A DNA stretch of 61,615 nucleotides, filler included, from Choristocarpus tenellus KU-1152 (taxonomy: Eukaryota > Protista > Phaeophyceae), in the NCBI GenBank assembly GCA_964200185.2. It is 12 parts of 12 records of this genome, joined end to end, with 100 filler letters (N's around TTAATTAATTAA, not from the genome) between each part and the next. Parts side by side here need not be neighbours in the genome. Positions count along the whole stretch, not along the records: positions 11,981 to 15,870 come from CAXNAD020017332.1; positions 15,971 to 19,363 come from CAXNAD020020341.1; positions 19,464 to 25,689 come from CAXNAD020008635.1; positions 25,790 to 31,938 come from CAXNAD020008824.1; 8 more parts are not named here. One strand, given 5' to 3'. This document shows, one piece after another, positions 13,144-26,034 of this stretch. The position numbers were made by a program, and so were the translations under genes. A model generated the notes under the pieces. The model ran no database searches and was not told the DNA's origin. It saw nothing but the letters and a program-made list of their open reading frames with translations. The first letter of the stretch is position 1. Every line of letters starts with the position of its first letter.

Positions 13144-14163
13144 ATGTCTGCCACCAACACCACCGAGATCACAACACTGCCAACATTTGCTGGAAAGTTG
13201 GGCGAAGACCTCTACGCTTTTGTTGTGAGGGCCCAGGCCAACCATGACTGCAAAACCGCTCTACATGGCCGAGACATTATCTGTGGGGGGCCCATCTGGG
13301 CAGTAGACGTCGAATCATCGAGTTCGCCGAGTGACGAGGGAGACCATGTGACAAGAGCTCAGCATCACCTGTTCCTATTGTGGCCAGCAACATCGACCTT
13401 CAACTGGCCACTACACGGGCGAAGGAAGCGTGGCAGCTCATGCTGATCATGCTGCAATACCATGCTCTACGTATGTTTATCACACCTGGGTCTCCAAGTG
13501 CAGGGTGGCGCGTGCTTGATGCGGCGTTTATGCCCAAGACCCACCAGGAAGCAAGACGCGTACGCCAGGAGCTGGATTGCTTGAACATTGACGACAGAAA
13601 GGACCCTTCGCCTGGGCTTACTGAATTTCAAGGCTGACAACGAGACTGGAGTCCATGGGGGAGGTCATTGCAGAGGTAAGGTGGCCACTATTCTTAACAA
13701 GCTTGGGGAGAACTACTCCCAAGTCAAAAGCTTTGTTGATTTTGGGGAAACAAAGTCTGTCGAAGAAGTGGAAGATAGGGTTGTTGCGAGGTACAAGGGC
13801 CAGCAAGTGATCAACATGGTCAAGTCCACTGGGAGCGGTCATGCTTTGGTTGCAAGTGCGGGAAAGGGTACCACAGGCAGAAAGGGGTGCGGAAAGGGGT
13901 GCATAGTCTGTTTCATGTGTGGCAAAGATGGCCACACAAAGAATGACTGCCCTGACCTAGACAGGGGTCGGCACGCCGGTGCCTCAACAAGATTAGGAGA
14001 GGACGAAAACCAAGGAGGAATATGCACAAGATGTACAGGGATAGTTCATGAATTTGACAAATGTCTCCTTACCGTTCGAGCCAGGAAGAGGACAAGAAGA
14101 CCTCCCAGAAGAGGGGACAAGAACGAAGCGCACATGGTATCGGCAGCGACTCCTCCTTCGTGA
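13144..14163 (+). pseudogene. Copia-type gag with CCHC zinc knuckle (frameshifted)
   Basis: Three overlapping frames give SPSAGWRVL...ELDCL..DP...KVATILNKLGENYSQVK and CFMCGKDGHTKNDC. Confidence 0.8.
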
Positions 14164-14499
14164 AACCAAGAGGACATGAATGACAGGTTGAAAAGTTTAG
14201 AAGGATTTATTGGCTCGTATTTTGTTGAAACAGAACGTTTCTCTTTGTGACTGTCTTCCCTTGTGTTTATTGTTCTGCCAAATTATTTAGCTGGAGTCTG
14301 TCCCCTATTTGCCTTGTGTATTTAGTGCATACCCACAGTGGTCAAGTAACAGCTGTGATGTTGTATGCAAACTGACTTTAGATGCAAGAGGTATTAAAGT
14401 CAGGGAGAGATTTTCTTCGTTTGTGTGTATGGTGTATCAGTTGTAAGAAAGTCAATTGTTTGGTACTACTCTTTTCCAAGGATTTTACTTTAAGCATTA

Positions 14500-14930
14500 C
14501 ACTAGGTAGATGTCGTGGATCGTGGGAGACGCAACTTGGGTATGGCTAAGGACCCACAGTAGAAAAACGCCCCACAATGTGTTCGTAGAGATTGTGATAG
14601 GATAGATAGGAAGCAACAGTCCCACCAAATTACTGTGTTCCGATGACTTGTAGTAGTGACGTACTAGGGAGATTTTGTTGATTGTAGGAGACGAAACATG
14701 GGATTGCTAAGGACCTGCAGGAGAAGTATCCGATAATGTTTCCACTGGAGACTACAATAAGAAGGTAGATATGATGTAGGATCTATGTTCCAGTGACCTG
14801 CAGTAGTGATGTACTAGGGAGGTTTTGTTGACTGCAGGAGACGCTATATCTAATACTAAGGACCTACAGGAGAAAGTACCTGAAGATGTTTACACGTCAG
14901 GCTCCAATAGGACAGATGGTTAGTTTGATG
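14500..14930 (+). repeat. ~150-bp diverged tandem repeat (about 3 units) in the retroelement 3' UTR
   Basis: Units start ttccgatgacttgtagtagtgacgtactagggag (14638) and ttccagtgacctgcagtagtgatgtactagggag (14788); ggagacg..ctaaggacc recurs three times. Confidence 0.75.
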
Positions 14931-15449
14931 ATTGATTTATAGTACCTACACAGACCCAATGTCAACATGGACGTTAGGGTATATTTGTTGCATTGTTTTT
15001 GAGAGAGCTAGGAAAAGTTTGCTTTTCTCTAGTTTCAGATAAGTAGATTTTTAGGGTGCATAGTGTCTGCGCAGTAAGGGAGAGTGTTCGTAGATAGTGC
15101 TGCTCATACACTATAGACACCACTGGTGGATTATGTAATAGGATGGAGAGCCAGTGACACACATCATATGTCCTGACTCATAGTGTCCATTGATTTCTGT
15201 GCTATGTTCAAGATACACTTACTATACTTAAGACAAACGAGTGATTCATAGTAAAGTAGTGTGGACGTCGCAAACCCCACACTATAGGAATAGTAATGAT
15301 AGTCTAGGCTTATCTCACAGCACCTATTCAGTCAGCAGAATCGAGACCATAAGCCTTTTGTAACACTAATATTACATATCTACATTAAGCTATTCATTGT
15401 CCTTCATCAAAGCACCAAAGCCGCGGGTCCAGTGTGGAATATTTCAACA

Positions 15450-15870
15450 TGTCATCCCCTAGGAAATTCAGTGTTAGAGAGAGTACATGCTATATTGGAT
15501 TCTATGCTAGAAATGCATGTATATCTCTGTTGCTGAGGATAACTGGGCATCATTACTGCCTTTCGTACAGCTAGGCCACAACACAGGTTTCTGTGCAAAG
15601 TTGCATGAAACCCCGTTTTCCCTTGTGTTTGGAAGACAAGCTCGTTTACCCGTTGATATTATCCTTGGTTTATCTATTGCCGATTCAGGTGTCACTACTG
15701 AAGAGTTTACTCAGCAAACCAAAGATAATTTGCAGCTTGCATTTGAGTTGGAACATCGTAATCTCCATGAACACGTTAAGAATCAGGAGCGTGTCAACCA
15801 ACGTCTCGTGTTCCCGTTTTCGTACCTGGCGATCAAGTTCTAGTCCATAGGCCACATGAGAGTACTGATG
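15450..15870 (+). pseudogene. Ty3/Gypsy integrase core, 3' half
   Basis: Resumes HPLGNSVLERVH...NWASLLPFVQLGHNT...ETPFSLVFGRQARLPVD. Confidence 0.8.
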
Positions 15871-16136
15871 NNNNNNNNNNNNNNNNNNNNNNNNNNNNNN
15901 NNNNNNNNNNNNNNTTAATTAATTAANNNNNNNNNNNNNNNNNNNNNNNNNNNNNNNNNNNNNNNNNNNNATCTCAACAGCTGCCTGATGTGCTTTCATA
16001 GCATTCTAAACTCTGTACCGTTGAACGTTACACCAGGTATACACTTCAAAAATGATCTATGCATTGAGTGATGGGTAGTGGTATGATGGTCTTCCTCCAG
16101 CAAGCGACCCATCTTCACCTTCCTTGCCATCATCCT

Positions 16137-16396
16137 GAGCCAAAGTAACTTAGAGGGTAGAGCCGCGTCCATTTGAGGGCCAAAATCCAATGTTGCCATT
16201 TTGATGTAATTTTGGCTATAGTGGTTGTTAGGGAGTGTCAATATCCTTGTTCCAGACACACTTTTTCATAACGTATACATTTTACCTACTCCGAAATATT
16301 TTGGAGAGGGAAAATGTCACTAAAAAATCCCATGGGAAGCCAAGTCCCAAATGGACAAACAGGGCAAAACCCGTACCCTCTAAGATACTTTCACTC
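16137..16396 (+). mobile_element. MITE family A, full copy
   Basis: TIRs plus TSD TCCT/TCCT. Confidence 0.9.
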
Positions 16397-18218
16397 TCCT
16401 CCAAAAGCGCGTGGAAAGGTGTATCGAGCTGATGGGTTGATGTCATACTGGTGTAGAAACTCACCCTCACCATCTTCAAGAGTATCTGGGAACTTCCATG
16501 GGTTATGCAATCCTGGATATATTTGTGTTACCTGTGTGGTTGATTGTGTCCCAATTGTGTCCCAATTGATAATGTCAAGATAAATGCTCTGCACAGCTGC
16601 TGCAGTGAGGATGAGACAAATGGGGAATCGCACTACTTGTGAATAGGACATAGCCTAAAACGATAAAGATGGTGCCATGACCTCGCAGGGTATCATTTCT
16701 GGTTGGTGTACAGTAGTAGGACATGGAATACATTAAAAAAAATGTGGCATTGGACCAAGGTGCGGTTGATAAGCTCTTCTACTAGTGGCAAGATGAATGC
16801 TCCCCCACATCTGCTGGAAGTATGGACAACGGTGGATTGCCTTAGTGTTCTGACAAGGAGATGTCATGAGATGATGGAAAGGTTATGTGAGGTCATTGTA
16901 AGATATTGTGGTCACCGTGTTTTATTGGTGAATGTCTCATATTGAAAAACACCAGCATGTCGGAGACAATCAATGGACGTATGAAGGAGGCAATTCATAA
17001 GCATGTTGGTGGCGACAATGCCTCCCTTGCCTTTCCACTAAAGCAGTAGCATGCCTTTCCTTCTTGTCTTCCTACAGCACCAGGACTTTTGCTAGATTGA
17101 GGTGGGTATTTCTTTAGGTGCCACACGCCTCCATGTTCAATTATCTGACATACCCTACTAACTTCAAAGCGTCATTGTAGCTCAGTAATATATATATACA
17201 TTGGAATGAGCAGATTCAAGCACGATTACCAACGAAATTTGGTTTCGATTTGCACCACATGATAAGCTCAACGGAAAGGTTCTCCTGTACCCTCTTGTCT
17301 GTCCCTAAAATTATCACAAAAAGGAGTGCGAAAAACCTGAACCATGTTTGGCAAGGCTTCATCGCAGTCAGGAGATTACTTAATGTGGATCAGAGCAAAA
17401 CGTCCTATCTTCGTATTATTTAAATTATTGTTAGTAGCACCATTTTTTGTCCTGGTCTGAGGAGTCCTCGACCCGTGGCTGAAAGGTAGTCAGAAGGATG
17501 CAATACACACCGTTTGAGAGATGCAGCAAGTACTTGAACAGGAAAAAACTGAGAGGAGATTTGAACCCAGTGCACGTACAAAGAGAAGCCAGGTGCTATA
17601 CACCAAAACCTACAAAAAATAACTTATACCGGGTAGATGTAATCCTAAATCACCAACTATCACATTGACACTAACGAAAAAGTAAGACTACGACTCTTTG
17701 GGATAGTAGCAGTAGAATTAGTAGTATTAGTGTAATTAGTAGTACTACTGGTACTACATATATCATACATGAGGTTTAAAGTATATGAGAGGTGCCCAGC
17801 TAATAATGGCCATTTAGCATTTTAAGTCAATTTTCCAATCTTTTGCAAATCACCTATATATTTCTATCGATGAAGGACTGAGTTTGACTTGAGAGGGTTG
17901 ATTTCTCTGTTGTTTGAAAGTTCTCGAGACAATGCGGAAAATGTCCTACACTCACTGTAGAAAAGCTGTTTTTGCATATATTTGCTGGCATCCTTAAAAT
18001 GCATTTCTGGTACCTCTCTTTTACTTTGACCCAAAAGAAGGATGAAGAACAGGACTGTCACAGTTATTGCAGTTTGGCAAGCATACAACAAAGTGGAGCT
18101 GGAAACCATGGTGGTGGTTCAAGAAAGGAGTGCTTCACATTTTTCACACAACAACATTCAGGATATTTCCTTGTGTCCCGCCTAACTTGCTTTCACTGTG
18201 TGATTTCATTACTCGACT

Positions 18219-18400
18219 GAGCCAAAGCAATTAATTGAGAGGTCGGCAGGTTTGGACCCTTTTGCATTGTAAACAATATTTCTTACCTTGTGTAGTCACT
18301 CTATTTCATCGCTTTATGTTCAAAATAGTGGCAAAATTGATATTCTCCTGTTGTTGTTGTTCCACACACACTAAGTGACGCCGCAACTTATCGAAAGTTC
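18219..18400 (+). repeat. Diverged dispersed repeat shared with ~26620-26790
   Basis: gagccaa...ggcaggtttggaccctt..gcatt...gcaaaattgatattc...ttccacaca occur in the same order at both loci. Confidence 0.55.
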
Positions 18401-18898
18401 TTTAAACAGATGTACAAAGTGACATCTTTTTTTTTGGGGGGGGGATCCTTAAAATGTAATCAGTCTATTTGACTCAACATAGTTTTTTGATACCATGTCT
18501 CAAAATTATCTTTTCGTATGAATCAATAATATAATTGAGGTCGACATTTCTCAATGTTTGATATTCCAATATCAAATCGAATCAAAATATAGTTATCCAA
18601 TTTTTTTTGCGTTGATCGTAGTTTGACATTGGAAGCAGTAACAGACAGAATTTCACCCTCTCTCACCTCCATTTGCCGCAAGACATGGTATGCCCTTCTT
18701 TCCGTAAATGCAAGGAATAACCGTCCATCGCTTGTCATATGGGTAGAAGAGGTGTGTTAAGTGTGATGAAATACAGTAATTTTTTGTATTGTTTCGAAGT
18801 TGATACAACATTTATGTTCAAGTTGACACAAGCACGGTAAATATATTCTAACAGAGATAATACAGTACCATGTACCGCTCTCCCCTAGCCCTGTGCAG

Positions 18899-19107
18899 AT
18901 AAAGAACCTCCAGCCAGAGGTGGCAGGCATCTACATAGATAGGGGTATATTGCGTTTGTCTCCACCATCACTACGGTTTTCTGCTACCTACACCTTCCAC
19001 ACTTGGGAACCAAAGTCATCCTCGCAGGAGCAAAGCTCCGTGACGTCATCAACTACGTCCTCTGAGAGACGGTTACGCTTGGTGGCGAGAGTCAAAGTAA
19101 AAAAGAG
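18899..19107 (+). CDS. Possible internal exon, unknown product
   Basis: CCCTGTGCAG acceptor and GAG|GTACC donor bracket an open frame IKNLQPEVAGIYIDRGILRL...; no family recognised. Confidence 0.25.
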
Positions 19108-19463
19108 GTACCCTGGTTTTGGTCGTTTTGCATGTTCAGTCTATTTGTCAATATATTGCGATTCACCTTTATTTCTTTGGGTGTAGTCCTAATTTTGACT
19201 CGAGGCCCGAAGTACATGGGGGTGTGTGGCGACTGTCCATTCTGGGCCCATTTTTACATGTCGCAATTTTGGGGTGATTTGGTTCCGTGCTGTGCAAATT
19301 ACCTTGGGAGGTAATGCTATTTGTTAGTAGTGAAGACAAGAAGGTGTGAAGCCTCACACGACCNNNNNNNNNNNNNNNNNNNNNNNNNNNNNNNNNNNNN
19401 NNNNNNNTTAATTAATTAANNNNNNNNNNNNNNNNNNNNNNNNNNNNNNNNNNNNNNNNNNNN

Positions 19464-20978
19464 GGAGGGAAGGCTTGCCCCCCTTGCAAGGTAGTCCCCA
19501 TTGAAACACATGGGCCCTGCAATATCTGTGGGGATAGTCTCTCCAGAGAGGGGTGAACCATGCTCATTGAACATGGAGAGGCGGTGAGGGTACGTTGATG
19601 GATTGTGACACTCCCGCACAAACAGGTCTGAACCCATGTGGGTGATGAGTGTTTGACTGATGTGGGACTGGCGATCCACCTTCACCTCGAAATCTTCCTT
19701 GCTATCCCCTGTTGAGTCGATGCTTCCCCCACGCACTGAACACTCTTCCCCCTCTCCCTGTTCATCCTTGAGGTCGAGGTTGAGGATGCGGTGCTCTCTT
19801 ACATACTCGACTCGGCTCACTGTGAAGGAAGTTTTAGCCACTAGCGCACGGCCGAACTCTGTCACTACTGTTCGGCGGTTGTCTGGCGAGAAAAGGGAGG
19901 GTACCCTGTGCCTCAGGACACTGCAGTACTGTTGAAAGGTAGGGGAAGCGTCCTCGGAAGTGTAGTTGGCAGGAAGACCCCCCCCAATGTCCAGTACGGT
20001 GACTCGACCAGCTCCTTCCACGCGGTCGATGTCGTCAGCAACAGCAACCAGCAGAGCAGCGCCCTCGGCGAGCTGCTCAAGGGAGCAACCCTGAGAACCT
20101 ACGTGAGCGTGGAGTCCGACCAGCCACGGGTACTTAGCAAATGCCCTTGTCACCACCTGCTGGTTCTCAGGCGTTGCAGGTACTCCAAACTTGCTGGTTG
20201 CATGGGAGACGCTGAGTTCCTTGATGGTGCCGGTGCCAATCAACGGGTTGAGGCGGACGCCAACGCGAGCCTGGGTAAAAGCGGAAGGGGTACCCTTGCT
20301 GACATCTCCCCCCACGCAGCGTTTCTTGGCTCCCTCTCCAGTTCGGATAATGGCGGCAACACGATCCAACTCCTCCAGGCTATTGACATTCACAAGGATG
20401 CCTTTTCTTAGGGCAAGGACCAACTCTGCCTCGGTTTTTGCTGGAGAGTCGAACACAAGGGAAGATGAAGGACAACCATGGGCAAGGCCCATGTACAATT
20501 CCCCGAATGAGGCCGCCTCGATTCCAACACCAGCTCGTATGACCTCCTGGGCTACAAATGACAGCGGGCAAGACTTGAGGGCGAAGCAATGCCTCCAGGA
20601 GGGCGGAAAAGTCGATTTGACAGAAGTGAGAGAGGCCCTGAGGGCATCGAGGTCGAACACAATAGCCACCTGGTCTGAATCCATCAGGTCTTCAAGCGCG
20701 TCTATGTCGTTTTGTAACACGCCACAAGAAGATGAAAATATACCTTGACCAATCATGGATCTCAGGACAACAGGTATGTCCCTGTCTCTAACCACAGCAC
20801 TTTCGTCCTGATTCTTAGAATCCAGAAGGTGGCCTTGATCAAAAATGCGCGTTGGGACAATCTTTTTGGATGTCACGCATGTTGCGGCTCCTTGTACCAT
20901 CGATGTTGGTGCGAACACGTTACCCACTGGTAGCAGCAAGCACGACCCAAGTGCCCCAGTGAGTTCGTCACCGCACAT
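19464..20978 (-). CDS. Group IV PLP-dependent decarboxylase (Orn/DAP/Arg family, diaminopimelate decarboxylase-like); 3' truncated by contig end
   Basis: Uninterrupted ORF of >500 aa with FALKSCP (PLP lysine), EAASFGEL, FDSPAKT, SKFG, HAHVGSQG, LDIGGGLP, TEFGRALVAK and IAGPMCFNGDYLA motifs. Substrate specificity cannot be determined by eye. Confidence 0.9.
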
Positions 20979-23900
20979 CCAATTCTCGACACCTTCTCAA
21001 ACAACTGGTTGAGCGTGGGATCTATTGTCTCCTTTTAGGAAATCTGAATGAGCGTTGGGTGCTTGGGCGAGGCCCTGGCGAGCCCTGACTTAATTCGAGA
21101 AAACCTGGCTATTCATTGAGGTGGTGTGGTAACACGGTTGGGAGTTGGTTAAAGAAACGGTTGACAAAATTTGGTTTAGCTTGTATAAAATACTAAAATA
21201 CAAATGTAATGACGACTGTTCACTGACTTGAAGAGGTACGATCCAATATTCGTTTTTGGGTGGAAAGGGGAATGAATGTGAGTCCCCTATTGGTCACTTG
21301 GTTGACTGTTGACTGTGTGAGAAGACCAAACACTCCAAAAGTCAGACCCAAACCAAATGTTTTCCTTCTTACTGCGAAGGTTTTCCCGATATTCAAGGAG
21401 AATTTATGTGAAGAAAAGAATCATCTAAATTATTATTCTTCACAATATTGTGCAGAATGCAACACCTGAGTTGTAAGATTTCTTTCCAAAAAACTCGTCA
21501 CGTGGTAACTAACCACTATGTATGGATGTTCAGTCTGCACTACTACTACTACCACTTTATAACATCTCTATCTATAATTCCACAAAAAATATGGGAACCT
21601 AATCTGAAACAACGTGGCAAGATTTTGTTGCAAGCACAACAAACAAGATTCAGGGGGAGGTTGAGTGGTGAAGCTAAAATAAAAGTAGCAAGCAAGGCAT
21701 ACACACTATCTTTATACTGGGCATTCCAATTTAAATGAAAATATAGTAGAGATGCTTGGCACATACAGAGGTGTGTCCTCTATAAAAAGGTCATTATATT
21801 AACACCAACACCAGACCAGACCATAAGGTAGGACGGAGGGAAGGGGGTGAAGGTTGAAGTTGAAGAATAGTGTTGCGGTTTAAAATCAGATAGGGATAAT
21901 GAATCCTATACTGCCTGGCTTTGTGTGGAATCTGCCTCTCTGTATTGATCCCAACGCAAAACACCCGATTGGTTTTTCAGGTTTGAGTGTTTGGGAATGA
22001 GGTTTAAGTTGTGGTTACACGATTTGATGGAGTCAAGGTATATTGCATTGCCGAAGTTGTAACATTGTGAGGTCATGTACATGTGCTGTTGACCCTGGGT
22101 TATTTAACTTGATCTTCTGTAGGTTGTAGGATGTTGTGTACATAGTTCAACGACATGTTCCTTTGATAGTGTCTACTAATTTGTTTTTTGTTATTGTCGA
22201 AAACAAAGAAGAATTATATTGAAAATTCTTATTATTATGATACCATTACTATTACTACTACTACCACTATTATATTATTATGCCCTCTGACATTTTGCAG
22301 ATGTGTCAGGGGGCTAAAAATACTACCAAAAACTACTACCACTATTGTTATACTTTCAGGCAATCTGTGGTGAGAAAAAAGGTAGCACATACATGTAGAG
22401 AGAAGGTACAACAAAAATGTTCAACGTCTATTTCTGACTCAAAACCACAACATGAACCCTTCAACTTCCACATTCAAGGTGTCTGCCCTCTACTTTACGG
22501 CATCTATGGTTTCTGTTGTCCGATTTTTGTCTCCTTTAGAGATGACCTACTTATCCTCTTCCATAGGCACATATCTCTCCAGGTTTTTTAACTTTGACAT
22601 GCACAGAAATAGTTTGCTCGCCACAAGAAAAAAAACTGGTATATGTAGGTCAAAATAGGTTGTGGACGGTATAATATTTGAAAAATAATGTCTAGGTACA
22701 TAGTTGAAGAATACTAGTACATAATTCTCAGCAAATTCTTTACGAAAAATACCATACCACTACCACCATGTTAAAACCTCCCAATTTCTTTTTGTCAGAG
22801 TAGATTGGAGATTTGGGATTCGGGCAAATGAAATTCCAATTTCCATTGCAAATAGAGAGATACGGGTATACATTTTTCATTCTATAATATCACTAGAATT
22901 ATCACTACCACTATTATAGTATTCTTCACATTTAACATATTGGTCCAATCGTGTTGTCAAAGGATTACCTTTTCCCAAACACACCTGCAAAATGTCACAA
23001 GACATAATAATACAATTGCCCATTTTTAAGGAGGGTCCAATGAACAATGAATGAAGTTCACAGGGGTTTGAAATGGAAACTGGTTGGTGGGGAGAAAATG
23101 ATCAACACAGTCACCTTGTAACTCCTAATAAACGAGATATATTCAAAACACACACTTGTTCTGATCATCTCTGTATCACATCCCCAATCTCATAGATTCA
23201 ACATAACTCGCTCCTCACTCCATACACACTGCTTCCATATCAAAAAAGAGTCAATCCACCTATTTGTTGTGATCTCACTCCCTTATACCATCAGAGGATT
23301 AAAGCAATGACGCGGAAGTAAAAAGCCTTTTGTTTTGTGTTTCCATTTCTTTTATTCCACCTTAGTAGAAATGTAAAATCTCCCACTTGGTTGCATTTGC
23401 GTCCTTGCAGGTGGTTCTTAGTCAATGTCGCAGTTTTCTGAGACAAATTGGACATTCCTCATCATCTCATCTCGTAGGAAAGGCTAACTGGTCCGTCTCC
23501 CAGGTTTCCCATGTAATTACAACGTTGGTATCTCAATACAGTGCCTTTCATCCACCGTTCTTCAAAAACACAGTACATTCCTCTGTGTACAACTTCCCTA
23601 ATGGTGGTGTGCATATTACCGTTGACTGATAATGACAAAGGCCGGATCCATCCAGGGCGTGGTTGACCCCTCATCCAAGAGCACAACCTCTAAGCTCAGT
23701 TCTAGCAAGATGTACATTTAGTGCCTTGTGTCCTTCTCTTCCTCCTTCCACTCTTCTTGGTATCCCTTAAGATCCTAATGTATATGAATCTCCTGATATA
23801 TTGTCAATGTCAACGTCGCGGACTTTCTTTCAGTCACATTACCCCCCCCACTACCATGAAGAGAAACTTGAGTCCCTTGCTGAAACTTGGCCTTCGATGT

Positions 23901-25789
23901 GTCCCTATGTCTGCTGTCTCCCAGGAAGACAATTGGGGAAGGTTCACTTAGGGTCTGCCGATTGGAGTTTAGTTGGCAGTGAACCTCTGTTATTGTCTTG
24001 AAGAAATTTTGTAGGTGCCATTGAGGTAGTTATGACGAAGGTGGAGGAACTCAGAGAGATGAGATTCGACTGAAGGGGGATGACTTGCAGATTTGACTGC
24101 GCGTCCTGTTGCAGAAGGAAAGCACACGTTTTGGGGAATAAAACGAAAGTCAGGGCAAACATATATGTAGAGGTATTGGAGTCAAACCAATTGAGAGGTA
24201 GGCAGGATTGCATTTTAAGGATCCCGAGAATTGGCATAATGACGCCATTTTGTGCAATTGCACAAAAGGATTCGCTTAATTATCATGTCACTTTGTGTAT
24301 GGAAAGGGGGAATATCAAGGATTATTAGTCAATATGCTTTTCAGGGATTTTGATGAGGACTTGCTGGTATTACAATCATGAGTTGTAGATGATGCAAGAA
24401 GGTTGTGGAAAGCATTGTATACATTATTGTCACAGCAAGCGAAGTCTCTTGGTAAGAGATGTTAGGACACACAGGGACACCAACAGTGAAACTGCAAATT
24501 CTGTATCTGTAGTAGTTAACCAAACATTTAACAGTAATTCACTAGGGGCATTCAGTGATATGGAAGTATATCATTTATATGTACTACTATCCCATCTACA
24601 TTATTCCGTTCTATGAGAGTACGTTTATCAATACGTACGTATGCATTCACAAAACCTTGAATTGCATGAATCGTTGATCCTCACGAAGTGGTCTTTGTAG
24701 AGGCTTGGAATCTTGTAAAGTGAAGAGGTGACCCAGTGCACTGAAGCATTGGTGAACTTCAATGTGATGTATGTTGTGGCATGCTCTGTGAAGAGGCTGA
24801 TTGAATATTGTGAAGTACAGCACTATTTCGTGCGGTGTAGGTTAGTGATGCACGGTCTGAGTAGAGGCTTGTGGATGTATTAACTCTAGATATATCATAT
24901 CCAGCTGTGTTTCGAGGTATATTGTTACAGAGTGAATTCGAAGTCAGAAGAGGGGGCAACACCTTAAAATAAAAACTTACAACGAGATACCAGGGTTGTT
25001 TGATCTAGAGAAAAAAGTACTTCTTCCATTCGGAATTAAATGTAACATAACTGTTGCAATCTCCGTTCTCTCCAATGAATGACACACATGACAAACCCTC
25101 TGGATGAGACTTAGATCTCATATAGATTGAGAGCTGTGCAAAGTTTGAGGTAGTAGGCTATCATAATTGTAGAGGACCACCAGTGCAAAGTCGACCAAGT
25201 CGCATTTGACGGGGTTCCAAAACCTCGTGAAACTGTCTAAACAGATGATTATCGGGATGCCTAGAATTAAGGCTCCCCGTCCTTCGAGCGGCTTGCACAT
25301 CCTGTCGTCGCTCGTCAGTCCCAATTATTCGGTTCAGAAGTCTGTCCAAAGAGAAGAACAGCATGGTGGCACGATGCCGATGAAGGTGAGAGGAAACGAG
25401 ACTCGGATGCCTCGGGGGACGGCAGCGTCCATTTCGAAGGACTTTGGAATTTCCCTTATTATTGTCTTTCGTTATCTGAAGGGGTGTAGTATCCAGATGG
25501 CACGGGGCGAATGCACGAACCTTGTACGACGCCACAAGGGGCGATGTGGCCGCCGTAAAAGTATCCTATACGTGATCTGTGCAAGCGCGAGAAGGCGAAG
25601 AAGGTCGAGCGGTGGATTAAGCCCAGTCCTCTCAAACCAGCAGAAATTCAACAGGGTGGGTTTCGTCATCAGCAATACGCACAGGAGGGNNNNNNNNNNN
25701 NNNNNNNNNNNNNNNNNNNNNNNNNNNNNNNNNTTAATTAATTAANNNNNNNNNNNNNNNNNNNNNNNNNNNNNNNNNNNNNNNNNNNN

Positions 25790-26034
25790 CTTAGAGGGTA
25801 GGGCCGCGTCCATTTGGGGGCCAAAATCCAATGTTACAATATTGATATAATTTTTGTTATTTTGTTTGTTAGGATGTGTCAATATCCTTGTTCCGAACAC
25901 ACCTTTTCATAACGTACACCTTACCTACTCCCAAACATTTTGGAGTAGGAAAATGTCATTAAAAAAAACATGGGAAGCCAAGCCCCAAATGGACAAAAAA
26001 GGCAAAACTTGTACCCTCTAAGATACTTTCATTC
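25790..26034 (+). mobile_element. MITE family A, 5' end cut by contig edge
   Basis: Matches family A from cttagagggta to agatactttcattc. Confidence 0.88.

Larger units (their letters stand above)
12398..15449 (+). mobile_element. Gag-only (TR-GAG-like) Ty1/Copia-type LTR retroelement, rearranged
   Basis: 5' LTR 12398-12615 (internally deleted) and 3' LTR 15085-15449, both TG...CA. Purine tract aagggagag before the 3' LTR. 5-bp TSD tatca/tgtca. Frameshifted gag; no pol. Confidence 0.85.

Noticed and set aside
16235-16583. Recurrent short ORFs such as MSLKNPMGSQ.. and ..LDFGPQMDA..
   Set aside because: Chance translations of non-coding MITE family A.
19660-20933. Plus-strand ORFs overlapping the decarboxylase; likewise the minus-strand ORFs inside Zwilch
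   Set aside because: Antisense shadows of GC-richer coding sequence.
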